DNA of 64,000 bases from an uncultured Collinsella sp. (lineage in GTDB: Bacteria > Actinomycetota > Coriobacteriia > Coriobacteriales > Coriobacteriaceae), in contig UQHT01000004.1 of NCBI GenBank assembly GCA_900540875.1, positions 28,972 through 92,971 on the forward strand. Reading direction: 5' to 3'. Positions 54,565-63,119 of this stretch are shown in pieces. The translations under genes were made by a program, and so were the position numbers. The first letter of the stretch is position 1; every line of letters starts with the position of its first letter. The notes under the pieces were generated by a model, which had not been told where the DNA came from, searched no databases, and was given only the letters and a program-made list of their open reading frames with translations.

Positions 54565-54776
54565 GGATACCTTTCATAGTTATTGGGGACGTTCTTACAT
54601 GACTAGTCGTTTAAGAACGTCCCCAAGAGCTAGTTGTTTGGGACAGTCTTTGTTGGTGGAGTGCGGAGACGGCTTTACGAGGGGCCCCAGGTTGGCGCGA
54701 AAGAGGAGCGAAGCGTACTTGGGTACGCGAGCGACGAATGAACGCCAAGATGGGGTGGCTCATAAAGCCGAGCGGG

Positions 54777-55349
54777 TTAGTTGAGCTTCAGGGCCTTCTG
54801 GATGGGCAAGTAGAGGGCGCCGACCAGAATGGCGTTAAAGACGGCGGTCATGGCGACGACGGGCAACATGGCGGCGGCGAGCTCGCCCACCACGCCGAGC
54901 ATGGCCATCTTGATGACCATGAAGATGGCGCCGGAGACAAAGGTGGTCACGAAGGTTGCGACGATGGCGACGGCAGGCTTGACCTGACCGTTCTTGCCGG
55001 CGGCGTTGACGATGCCGGCCATGAGCATGGCGGCGATGCCCTCGGCGGCAAAATCGACGAACGGCGAAGTGGTGGTGATCTGGATCACGGCAGCCGAGAT
55101 GAGGCCAATGACGAGCGCCTGGCCGATGTTGGGGCGAACGACCAGGATGGTGAGGCAGAAGGCCGAGATGATGAACTCGGGGCTGATCATGCCGCCCGAG
55201 ATGCCCGAGATTGCCTTGCCGACGGTGAAGTTGAGGATGAAGCCGGCGGCGAGCAGGATGGCGAGCAGGACGAGGTCGCGGACATCGAGTTTGCCGCGAT
55301 CGGCGGTATGGACGGTGCGGGGCTGGGTGGCGGTGGTGTTCTGAGACAT
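54777..55349 (-). CDS. ECF transporter S component (substrate-specific; TrpP-like inferred from leader)
   Basis: A 190-aa protein with 5 to 6 TM helices. It is the first gene of the S-A1A2-T operon. AAAGGA RBS 8 nt before the ATG at 55349. Confidence 0.7.
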   Translation of the reverse strand: MSQNTTATQPRTVHTADRGKLDVRDLVLLAILLAAGFILNFTVGKAISGISGGMISPEFIISAFCLTILVVRPNIGQALVIGLISAAVIQITTTSPFVDFAAEGIAAMLMAGIVNAAGKNGQVKPAVAIVATFVTTFVSGAIFMVIKMAMLGVVGELAAAMLPVVAMTAVFNAILVGALYLPIQKALKLN

Positions 55350-55426
55350 GGTGAAAATCCTTTCGGAAGGGGATTGCAAGAGAAAAGCGGAGGCGCGTGA
55401 TGCGAATGCGATCGGGCTCGAGATAG

Positions 55427-55455
55427 AAAAAGGCCCCCGGTCGAAACCGGAGGCC
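55427..55455 (-). terminator. Strong intrinsic terminator inside the 5' leader of the ECF operon
   Basis: Minus strand reads GGCCUCCGG-UUUCGA-CCGGGGGCC followed by UUUUUCU. Confidence 0.65.
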
Positions 55456-55493
55456 TTCCAATCACCTAGAGCGCAAAAACAGGCGTGAGGGAC

Positions 55494-55562
55494 TCACTGT
55501 CGACCGATCGTATTCGCATCACGCCACCACCAGTTGTTGAGAGGTTTCATCGTGTTCTTCAT
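55494..55562 (-). CDS. Leader peptide ORF, 22 aa, with three consecutive Trp codons (MKNTMKPLNNWWWRDANTIGRQ)
   Basis: AAAGGAG 8 nt upstream of the ATG. UGG UGG UGG at 55532..55524. The ORF ends 38 nt before the terminator. Not in the ORF track because it is under 60 aa. Confidence 0.5.
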   Translation of the reverse strand: MKNTMKPLNNWWWRDANTIGRQ

Positions 55563-55689
55563 GTTGGTGGCTCCTTTCGTGATGCCGTGGCGCGGTCGCA
55601 CCTAGTTGCTGTTGCGCTGCACTATAGCACAGCGAAGTGTGTGCGGGGAAATCTTTTTTAAAAAGATTTCAGGCGGGTTTCCCGTCGGT

Positions 55690-55745
55690 CAAAAGAGCGG
55701 GCTAAGCGGGCGAGGCTGCCATTGCTGCCTCGCCCGCTCAGCTAA
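55690..55745 (-). terminator. Terminator candidate after the C69 dipeptidase gene
   Basis: Perfect palindrome AGCGGGCGAGGC-N10-GCCTCGCCCGCT, followed on the minus strand by TAGCCCGCTCTTTTG. Confidence 0.45.
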
Positions 55746-55749
55746 GACG

Positions 55750-57693
55750 TTACTCCTTATTGCGACGGTAGAGGAAGTAACCGCCTGCGGAGATGACGGC
55801 AACGCCAGCGATGGCGAATGCAGCCACCACGCGGCCATCAAAACTATCACCGGTGGTGGGCAGGCCGCCCTTGGTGTTCGTCTTGTTGGTGGTTACTGTG
55901 GTCGTGGTGTCGGACTTGCCAGGCTTCTCGGGCTTGGTGGTGGGCTGCTCGGGCTTAGCGGGCTGCTCGGGGGTACCGGGCTGCTCAGGAGTACCAGGCT
56001 GCTCGGGGGTGCCAGGCTGATCCGGGGTTACCGGGTCGGTGGCAAGAGCGTCCTTGGCGTAGGTGATGGACACCTTGAGGCCGTTGGTCTCGGTGTTCAG
56101 GTCGCTCGGGGTGAAGGGCGTGCTGAAATCCTCAGCCTTCAGATAAGCGCGCATCTCCTGGAGAAGGGCCTTGCACTTGACGTAGGTGTTCTCAGTGGCA
56201 GCCTTGCCGGCCTTGTTTGCCAGGGCGGTGCGGCCCTCAGTGGTGGTCTCGGCCTGCATAGCAGCATCGACCTCAAGGTTCTGCTCGATGAGCTCGTTCT
56301 GGAGAGCGTCGAGGTAGGCGCGAACGCCGGTGCCGAGCTGCTCGCGGTGCTCGTAGCAGAGGGAACTAATGTCCATGAGGACGTAGTTGATGGAGTTCTC
56401 GGGCTCCTCGTTGTTCACGATGTCCGTCTCTTCGCAGTGATCGTAGGAGACATCCTGATTGCTGAAGTAGGGGCTGACCTCGGTGAGCAGTGCAGAGTAC
56501 AGAGGAATAGCGACGGAGTAGGCGGCGCGGGAGAGCATCTCCCACTGAATGGTCGCGATCTCGGGGTCCATGCCCTGACGGATCTGGAAGAGGTTGGTCT
56601 CGGTGCTTCTTTCGGTGCCGATGGCGTAGACACCGTCGGTGTTGGCGTTGAGGCCGGGGACATTTTCGCCGCGGTTGCCAAATGCACGGATCATCTCAAA
56701 GGTGTTCCAGTCGGACTTGCCGGGCTTGAAGAACAGGGGCTGGATCTCGCTGACCATGGCTCCGATTTGGTCGGGGCCTTTTTCCGGTTTAACCGTGACG
56801 ATGTCGTAATCCGCACCCTTGGTCAACGGGGCCATGAAGTAATCGCGGCCCTGGACATAGCGAGTCCACTGATGAACGCCGGAATCGGCGACGCTTTTGC
56901 CATAGGTCTTGGCAACGTCGAACTTGCCGTCGGTGTACTCGGCGAAGCCATTTTTCTCGGGCATGGTCTGGATGCCCTCGGAGTGGAGGCAGTTCTCGAC
57001 GTCATCAAGGTTGACATCGTAATTGAGTCCGCCGATGTTGGGGTTGAGTGAGGCGACGTCATCGGCGAGCTTCATGGCGATCCACTGGTGGCCGGAAAGT
57101 GCGGCAAACAGCCAAGTCTCGTTGCTGTCGGCGATGATAATCTGATCGTTGCCGTTGGCGCCCTGCTCGTCGATGATCTTGCCGAGGAGCTCGACACCCT
57201 CACGTGCTTTGGCACTTTCGCCTAAGATAACGCTGCCGTAGCTATACTCGCCAATGCCAGTGTCGGTCAGGGGGTCTGCCTTGGCGGCTTTATCGTTCAT
57301 GTTGGTGGTCAGCGTTGCGGAGCAGGACACGCCCTTCTCATTGATGCCTGCCTCAGAGTAGGCATCATAGCGCCCGTGCCACTGCGAAGGATGATCGCGC
57401 ACGTAGCTATAACGATATGTAGTCTTGGTCGACCTGTATGAGAAGTCGGACTCGTCTGAGCCGTAGGTATACCCGGGGGCATGCGACGGCTCAATGCCAA
57501 AGTGCTTGAGGTAGCGCGGGCCAAAGTCCTCGGCGCGACCATAGTACGTGTTGTTGTCGGCCGTAAGGTTTTTGCCCATGTACATTTGCGTGCAGGCGAG
57601 CGCAGATGTCGGCATGGACATGATGGTCGCAGCTCCAAAGGCGAGGCCTATGCCTAGCTTCTTGAGCGCGTTGACGGGGCGAGTTTTCCTCAT
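55750..57693 (-). CDS. C69-family dipeptidase, secreted, LPXTG cell-wall anchored
   Basis: Signal peptide. ALACTQMYMGK has the Cys nucleophile right after the signal. C-terminal PGTPEQ x3 repeats, then an LPTTG sortase motif, a hydrophobic stretch and RRNKE. Confidence 0.85.
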   Translation of the reverse strand: MRKTRPVNALKKLGIGLAFGAATIMSMPTSALACTQMYMGKNLTADNNTYYGRAEDFGPRYLKHFGIEPSHAPGYTYGSDESDFSYRSTKTTYRYSYVRDHPSQWHGRYDAYSEAGINEKGVSCSATLTTNMNDKAAKADPLTDTGIGEYSYGSVILGESAKAREGVELLGKIIDEQGANGNDQIIIADSNETWLFAALSGHQWIAMKLADDVASLNPNIGGLNYDVNLDDVENCLHSEGIQTMPEKNGFAEYTDGKFDVAKTYGKSVADSGVHQWTRYVQGRDYFMAPLTKGADYDIVTVKPEKGPDQIGAMVSEIQPLFFKPGKSDWNTFEMIRAFGNRGENVPGLNANTDGVYAIGTERSTETNLFQIRQGMDPEIATIQWEMLSRAAYSVAIPLYSALLTEVSPYFSNQDVSYDHCEETDIVNNEEPENSINYVLMDISSLCYEHREQLGTGVRAYLDALQNELIEQNLEVDAAMQAETTTEGRTALANKAGKAATENTYVKCKALLQEMRAYLKAEDFSTPFTPSDLNTETNGLKVSITYAKDALATDPVTPDQPGTPEQPGTPEQPGTPEQPAKPEQPTTKPEKPGKSDTTTTVTTNKTNTKGGLPTTGDSFDGRVVAAFAIAGVAVISAGGYFLYRRNKE

Positions 57694-57920
57694 TTTCCCT
57701 CCCAGCGTGCGAAAGCCCTCTGTCGCCAGAGGGCTTCAGCCAATAAAGACACCTCATTAGCGTAACGAACTTGAAACAATATTCATCTATGAAAGAAACT
57801 TACTCGATAAGCGTGATGAAATATGCGATGAACGGTTAATCGTACTCAGTTTGCAGCTTTACTTTAATAAAGACGCCCTGTAATTACTGTAGCCGAATAA
57901 AGTAGCTGGGAATGCCCGAA

Positions 57921-57962
57921 ATGAAAATCCCCCGCTGTTTGACGAATGCATAAACAGCGGGA
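57921..57962 (-). terminator. Intrinsic terminator downstream of lipid-kinase/small-ORF unit
   Basis: Minus strand CCCGCTGTTT-ATGCATTCGTC-AAACAGCGGG followed by GGATTTTCATTT. Confidence 0.5.
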
Positions 57963-57999
57963 GAGTCGATAACTGGATGAATATCATACCAATGTGGAT

Positions 58000-58092
58000 T
58001 TACTTCTTTCGGCGGTGAATCACGTTGATGGCGTAACCGACGAGCATGGCCAAGACGATGACAATAAAGCCGATCAGGGGATTGTCGTTCAT
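58000..58092 (-). CDS. Candidate small membrane peptide (30 aa) co-transcribed with lipid kinase gene
   Basis: AGGAGG 5 nt before the ATG. MNDNPLIGFIVIVLAMLVGYAINVIHRRKK has a single TM helix and basic tail. It lies 9 nt after the upstream gene's stop. Confidence 0.3.
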   Translation of the reverse strand: MNDNPLIGFIVIVLAMLVGYAINVIHRRKK

Positions 58093-58101
58093 AGGGTCCT
58101 C

Positions 58102-59019
58102 CTATTTTCCGAGCGGGGAGAATTCGTCGACGATGAGGTCGAGGCATTGCGGAAGCGCGCGGGCTCCAAAGACGCCCGAATTGCTGGAGATAATCTCGCC
58201 ATCGAACTGCATGCCCAGTGACGGGGTGCAGGTGATCTTGGCTTCCTTGGTCTGGATGATCTTGAACTGTGGGCGCCCGAGTACCTTACCGGCGGGGTCA
58301 AGCGCAGCGGTGATCACAGTAGGCAGCAGCTGAACGGTGCGCACGGGTTCGATGACCGCAATATCGACCATGCCATCGTTCATGCGGCAGTCGGGGAACA
58401 GGTTGATGTCGTTTTGAATGACCGAGGTATTACCCGCCATGCAGCAGATGCCGTCGAGCTCCTCGACAATGCCGTCGTGCTCAATGGTAAAGTGCGCCAC
58501 CGTGGGGTTGGGCGTGGCGAGAGCGGAGAGGAAGTAGGCGATCTCGCCGATGTCGTTTTTGGTGGGAGCGGCCTTCATCATGATCTCGGCGTCGAAGCCC
58601 GAGCCGGCGATGATGATGAAGCCGTGGCGCTTCTCTCTGCCGTTCTCGTCGAGCCAAAAGAGCTCGCCCATGTCCACTTTGACCGTGCGACCGGCGCGGC
58701 AAGCCTTGGCGAGCGCCGCCGCCTCAGGGGCATTGCCGATGTTGTTGAAGAACAGGCAGGCCGTGCCGGAGGGGAAGACGAGCGTGGGGACGCCGCATCC
58801 GCGCATCTGGTCGAGAACGTTGGAGACGGTGCCGTCGCCGCCCGAAATCACCACGCGATCAAACTCGCGCACGTCTGCCACGGCGTCCTCGGGTTCCATG
58901 CCGTCGCCGATAAAACGCATCACGACCTCGTCGCCGCCCTGCGCGAGGGCGTGCGTGAATGCGTAGATTTCATCTGAGCTGGGGCCCGATGCCGGGTTGT
59001 GGATGATAAGGCAGCGCAT
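58102..59019 (-). CDS. Diacylglycerol-kinase-family lipid kinase (YegS/DagK catalytic domain)
   Basis: N-terminal MRCLIIHNPASGP...ISGGDGTV DAGK_cat motif. Confidence 0.8.
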   Translation of the reverse strand: MRCLIIHNPASGPSSDEIYAFTHALAQGGDEVVMRFIGDGMEPEDAVADVREFDRVVISGGDGTVSNVLDQMRGCGVPTLVFPSGTACLFFNNIGNAPEAAALAKACRAGRTVKVDMGELFWLDENGREKRHGFIIIAGSGFDAEIMMKAAPTKNDIGEIAYFLSALATPNPTVAHFTIEHDGIVEELDGICCMAGNTSVIQNDINLFPDCRMNDGMVDIAVIEPVRTVQLLPTVITAALDPAGKVLGRPQFKIIQTKEAKITCTPSLGMQFDGEIISSNSGVFGARALPQCLDLIVDEFSPLGK

Positions 59020-59117
59020 ACTTACGTTCCCGTTCTGTGACTAACCGAGTATAGTTGTAAGACAATGCCGTTATCCTACCCGTGTTTTTCGGGCCTAACC
59101 TTATTCGATGGGTTGAT

Positions 59118-60251
59118 ATGTACATTTCCACACATCAGGCTCTACTCGACTTTTGCCAGCGCGCCCGTGAGTTTGACGCGATTGCCGTCGATACCGAGTT
59201 TTTGCGCGAGCGCACGTTCCATCCGCGCCTGTGTTTGGTTCAGATTGCCACCCCTGCCGAGAGCGTCGCGGTCGACCCTCTGGTGATCGACGACCTGTCG
59301 CCGCTGGCCGAGCTTATGGCTGACGAGAGCGTGACCAAGGTGTTCCATGCTTGCTCGCAGGACATGGAAGTTATGCTTCATACCGTAGGCGTGTTGCCGC
59401 GTCCGATTTTTGACACGCAGGTGGCCGCCGCCTTTTTGGGCGAACGCCAGCAGATTTCCTACGGCGCGCTCGTGCAGACGTTTTGCGGCGTCTCGCTGCC
59501 CAAGACTGAGTCGCTGACCGACTGGTCGCGTCGCCCGCTGACCGATAAGCAGATTGAGTATGCGATCGATGACGTCAAGTACCTGATCGTCGCCTATACC
59601 GAGATGATGAGCCGCCTGCGCGAGCTGGGCCGTGTGGACTGGGTGCTCGACGAGCTGCGCCCGCTGGCTGACGAGTCGCACTATCGCGCCGATCGCCACG
59701 AGGCGTTCCGCAAGGTCAAGCGCATCAATTCGTGCAGCCGTCACCAGCTGGGTATCGCGCGCGAGCTCGCCGCCTGGCGCGAGGACCGCGCCGAGCGCCG
59801 TAACATCCCGCGCAAGTGGGTCATGTCCGACGACACGCTGCTTGCGCTCGTTAAGCGCAATCCCGTCCGCGTTGAGGAGTTCCGTAGCATTCGCGGTACC
59901 GACCAGCTGGGGGAGCGCGACGTGGACGGTGCGCTCATGGCCATCAAGCGCGGCGCGAGCTGCCCGCACGATCGCCTGCCGCTCATGGTGCGCGGACACC
60001 GTCAGATCTCGCCGGAGCTGGAGAGCGTGACGGACCTGATGTATGCGCTCATCCGCCTGGTTGCCGAGCGCTCGGGGGTGGCGACCTCGGTCATTGCCTC
60101 GCGCGATGACCTGGCCGATTACATCGAGCATCCTGAGCAAAGCCCCCTGCGCGAAGGCTGGCGTTTTGAGCTTGTGGGTTCGCGCCTGGACGATCTGCTT
60201 TCCGGCAATATGGGGCTCACCGTGAAGGACGGAAAGATTGAGTTGTTATAG
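59118..60251 (+). CDS. rnd: Ribonuclease D (3'-5' exonuclease + HRDC domain)
   Basis: DEDDy exonuclease motifs (AVDTEF, YAIDDV) and a C-terminal HRDC-like region. Confidence 0.8.
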   Translation: MYISTHQALLDFCQRAREFDAIAVDTEFLRERTFHPRLCLVQIATPAESVAVDPLVIDDLSPLAELMADESVTKVFHACSQDMEVMLHTVGVLPRPIFDTQVAAAFLGERQQISYGALVQTFCGVSLPKTESLTDWSRRPLTDKQIEYAIDDVKYLIVAYTEMMSRLRELGRVDWVLDELRPLADESHYRADRHEAFRKVKRINSCSRHQLGIARELAAWREDRAERRNIPRKWVMSDDTLLALVKRNPVRVEEFRSIRGTDQLGERDVDGALMAIKRGASCPHDRLPLMVRGHRQISPELESVTDLMYALIRLVAERSGVATSVIASRDDLADYIEHPEQSPLREGWRFELVGSRLDDLLSGNMGLTVKDGKIELL

Positions 60252-60258
60252 GTATATA

Positions 60259-60415
60259 GTTACGCGGTTTTACCAAACCGCGTAACAGCTCGACGCTGCA
60301 AACGGCCGAGAGCGGCAATCTGACGTTCAATCGTCGCTCGCGTACCAAAGTACGCGTCGCTTCTCTTTCACGTCACCTTGCTCGCTCTCGGCCGTTTTCG
60401 CTGACATTGCCAAAA
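60259..60415 (+). repeat. Structured extragenic repeat family A, copy 3 (3' of rnd)
   Basis: Starts 7 nt after the rnd stop: GTTACGCGGTTTTACCAAACCGCGTAAC-AGCTCGACGCTGC-AAACGGCCGAGAGCG...GCGTACCAAAGTACGC...CGCTCTCGGCCGTTTTCGCTGAC. The internal helix is compensated relative to copies 1 and 2. Confidence 0.65.
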
Positions 60416-60489
60416 CATCGATGTTGATTTGCCTGCTGGGCGAGTGGGTAGAATGCCTCCAACGTGTAACTCGATTTGGAGGAATTCGC

Positions 60490-61194
60490 ATGCCCTATTA
60501 CTATGGATATGGCTTTGGCATCGACCCGCTGTACCTGCTGGTTGTTCTTGTCTGCACGGTGCTTGGCCTTGCTGCGCAGAGCTATATCAATTCGACGTAC
60601 AAGACGTGGTCCAAGGTTCGCTCGGACGGCGACACGGGTGCCACGGTCGCTCGCCGCATGCTCGACGCCGACGGTTGCAACGCCGTGGGTATCAAGGGCG
60701 TCGCCGGTGAGCTCACCGACCATTACAACCCGCAGGACAATAACCTGTATCTGTCGGATTCCAACCGTTCGGGCGGCTCGGTCGCAAGCGTTGCTGTCGC
60801 TTGTCACGAGGCAGGCCATGCCGCGCAGCGTCAAAGCGGCTATGCCATGATGAAGGTACGCACCGCCCTCGTGCCGGTCGTCAACTTTACCCAGAACACT
60901 TGGACCATCGTGCTGCTCATGGGCCTGTTTATGAACATCGCGGGACTCACGACCCTCGCACTGATCTTCTTCTCGTTTAGCGTGCTGTTCCAACTGGTTA
61001 CGCTACCGGTCGAGATTGATGCTAGTCGGCGCGCCGTGGCGTATATTGAGCAGTCGGGTATGAGCTCCCAGCAGGTCAACGGTGCCAAGAAGGTGCTGAC
61101 GGCCGCCGCGCTTACCTATGTGGCTGCGGCGCTCACCTCGATTATTCAGCTGCTCTATCTTATGGCTCGATACAACAGAAACTCCAACCGATAA
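60490..61194 (+). CDS. Membrane zinc metallopeptidase (YugP/Zn_peptidase_2-like)
   Basis: HEAGHA zinc motif, flanking TM helices, GGAGG RBS. Confidence 0.7.
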   Translation: MPYYYGYGFGIDPLYLLVVLVCTVLGLAAQSYINSTYKTWSKVRSDGDTGATVARRMLDADGCNAVGIKGVAGELTDHYNPQDNNLYLSDSNRSGGSVASVAVACHEAGHAAQRQSGYAMMKVRTALVPVVNFTQNTWTIVLLMGLFMNIAGLTTLALIFFSFSVLFQLVTLPVEIDASRRAVAYIEQSGMSSQQVNGAKKVLTAAALTYVAAALTSIIQLLYLMARYNRNSNR

Positions 61195-61390
61195 CAAATT
61201 GGGTCGCTGGGCGCCGCGGGGATTCGTGTCCTCGCGGCGCTGTACTATGTGTTGGACTTGAATTTGCGCAGGGCCGAAGCCCTTGTGCACGATGACGAAA
61301 GGGGGCTGCGTGGCAGGCTGGAATCTAACCGGCAATGCCGTTTCCGCCGAGTTCGACGGTTCGGACGAGCAGGAGCGTAAGGAGCTCAGC

Positions 61391-62761
61391 GTGAGCCAGG
61401 CGGTAGAGATCGCCGCCGGTGCGCTCGATGCCATTCCGCAGCTGAGTGTCCTGGGCGAGGTCACGGGTTTCCGTGGTCCCAATGCCCGAAGCGGCCACTG
61501 CTACTTCCAGATTAAAGACGACTCGGCCGCCGTCGACTGCATCATCTGGAAGGGCGCCTATCTCAAGCGTACCTTCGATCTGCGTGACGGCATGCAGGTG
61601 AGCTTTAAGGGCAGCTTCAATCTCTATAAGGCCACGGGCCGCATGAGCTTTGTCGCTCGCTCGTTTTCGCTGGCGGGGGAGGGTCTGCTGCGTCAACAGG
61701 TGGCGCAGTTGGCCGAAAAGCTACGCCGCGAGGGACTGATGGACGAGTCCCGCAAACGCCGCATCCCGGTGTTTTGCTCACGCGTGGCGGTCGTCACCTC
61801 GCTTTCCGGTGCGGTAATCGACGACGTCAAGCGTACGCTGCGCCGTCGCAACCCGCTCGTCGAGCTTGTCTGCGTGGGTGCCAAGGTGCAAGGCGAGGGT
61901 GCGCCGGCCGAGCTCATTGATGGCTTGCGCCGCGCCGCTTCCATTACGCCGGCGCCCGACTGTATTTTGCTGGTGCGCGGCGGCGGCTCCTTTGAGGACC
62001 TCATGACCTTTAATGACGAGGAGCTTGCCCGCGCGGTGGCGGCTTGTCCTGTGCCCGTGGTGACCGGCATTGGCCATGAGCCCGATACCTCGATTTGCGA
62101 CATGGTGAGCGACCGACGCGCCTCCACGCCCACGGCGGCGGCAGAATCGGTGGCGCCGGCTATGACGGAGTTGGCCGATGTGCTCGAGGCGCGCCATCAG
62201 CGTCTGGGTGCCGCGATGGCATCGATGATTGGGTCGGCCCAGGTCGACCTGGAGATGCTCGATCAGCGCGGTCGCCGTGCCTGGGATACCTATACGGCTC
62301 GCTTGGGTGATGCGCTCGATGCCGCTGCGTGTCGCCCGTGCCTCAACGACCCCACATTTATGGTCGAGCGTCGCGAATCGGAGCTTGCACTGACTGCCGA
62401 TCGCCTGTCGGGCGCCATAGTACGCTCGGTCGGGACATTCCGCTCCAACTTTGAGCGCTTGCCCGAGCGTCTGATTACAAGCACCTCGGGGCTCGATGGT
62501 AAGCGCCATGCGCTCACGCTTGCGAGTTCCCGCCTAGAGCATCAAGGGCGCACGATGCTCAGCAAGCCAGCGTCCGACCTGAGCCGTGCGGCAGCGTCGC
62601 TCGATGCCCTGTCGCCGCTCAAAGTGCTTGCTCGCGGCTATTCCATCGCGTACAGCGATGATGGTGTGGCTACGAGTGCCAAGACCTTTAAGCCTGGCGA
62701 CGCCATTCGCGTGCGCATGGCAGACGGCAACGTGGCAGCAACGGTCGATACGGTCGAGTAG
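61391..62761 (+). CDS. xseA: Exodeoxyribonuclease VII large subunit
   Basis: OB-fold N-terminus (LSVLGEVTGF) plus a catalytic domain. AAGGAG 6 nt before the GTG at 61391 gives 456 aa. The ORF track start at 61283 is probably an upstream extension. Confidence 0.8.
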   Translation: MSQAVEIAAGALDAIPQLSVLGEVTGFRGPNARSGHCYFQIKDDSAAVDCIIWKGAYLKRTFDLRDGMQVSFKGSFNLYKATGRMSFVARSFSLAGEGLLRQQVAQLAEKLRREGLMDESRKRRIPVFCSRVAVVTSLSGAVIDDVKRTLRRRNPLVELVCVGAKVQGEGAPAELIDGLRRAASITPAPDCILLVRGGGSFEDLMTFNDEELARAVAACPVPVVTGIGHEPDTSICDMVSDRRASTPTAAAESVAPAMTELADVLEARHQRLGAAMASMIGSAQVDLEMLDQRGRRAWDTYTARLGDALDAAACRPCLNDPTFMVERRESELALTADRLSGAIVRSVGTFRSNFERLPERLITSTSGLDGKRHALTLASSRLEHQGRTMLSKPASDLSRAAASLDALSPLKVLARGYSIAYSDDGVATSAKTFKPGDAIRVRMADGNVAATVDTVE

Positions 62762-62803
62762 ACCGCGTTTCGCAGTGATAGACCCTTAGGAAAGGAAACA
62801 GAT

Positions 62804-63070
62804 ATGGCAGAGAAGACCCCGGTCGAGCAGCTTACGTACAAGCAGGCCTCGCAGGAGCTGGAGCTCATCATCCGCAGCCTGGAGTCGGGCGATATGGAGC
62901 TTGAGGAGTCGCTCGAGAGCTACACCCGCGGCGTCGAGCTCCTCAAAAGCCTGCGCACCCGCCTGTCCGATGCCGAGCAGAAGGTCTCGGTGCTCCTTAA
63001 GGACGTCGACGGCAACGATGTGCTCGCCGACGGCGAGGCCGCCAACACCGATGATAACCTTTCGTTCTAA
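62804..63070 (+). CDS. xseB: Exodeoxyribonuclease VII small subunit
   Basis: An 88-aa helical protein immediately downstream of xseA. XseB-like pattern. Confidence 0.85.
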   Translation: MAEKTPVEQLTYKQASQELELIIRSLESGDMELEESLESYTRGVELLKSLRTRLSDAEQKVSVLLKDVDGNDVLADGEAANTDDNLSF

Positions 63071-63119
63071 GCATCTCGACCAAATATAATTACCTTGGTC
63101 TGTAAGAAAGGAACCAGCT

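Noticed and set aside
55392-55525. Interpretation of the 22-bp inverted repeat as a MITE or transposon remnant
   Set aside because: One arm lies inside a translated leader ORF with an optimal SD. There are no target-site duplications or transposase. RNA-level function is more parsimonious, though a MITE cannot be excluded without other copies.
56000-56040. Tandem 18-nt repeats in the dipeptidase gene, a possible CRISPR or VNTR
   Set aside because: They are in-frame PGTPEQ codon repeats inside a CDS, with no spacer/repeat architecture and no cas genes. Not CRISPR.
55606-57051. 481-aa plus-strand ORF
   Set aside because: Antisense to the C69 dipeptidase gene. Gly/Leu/Val-rich.
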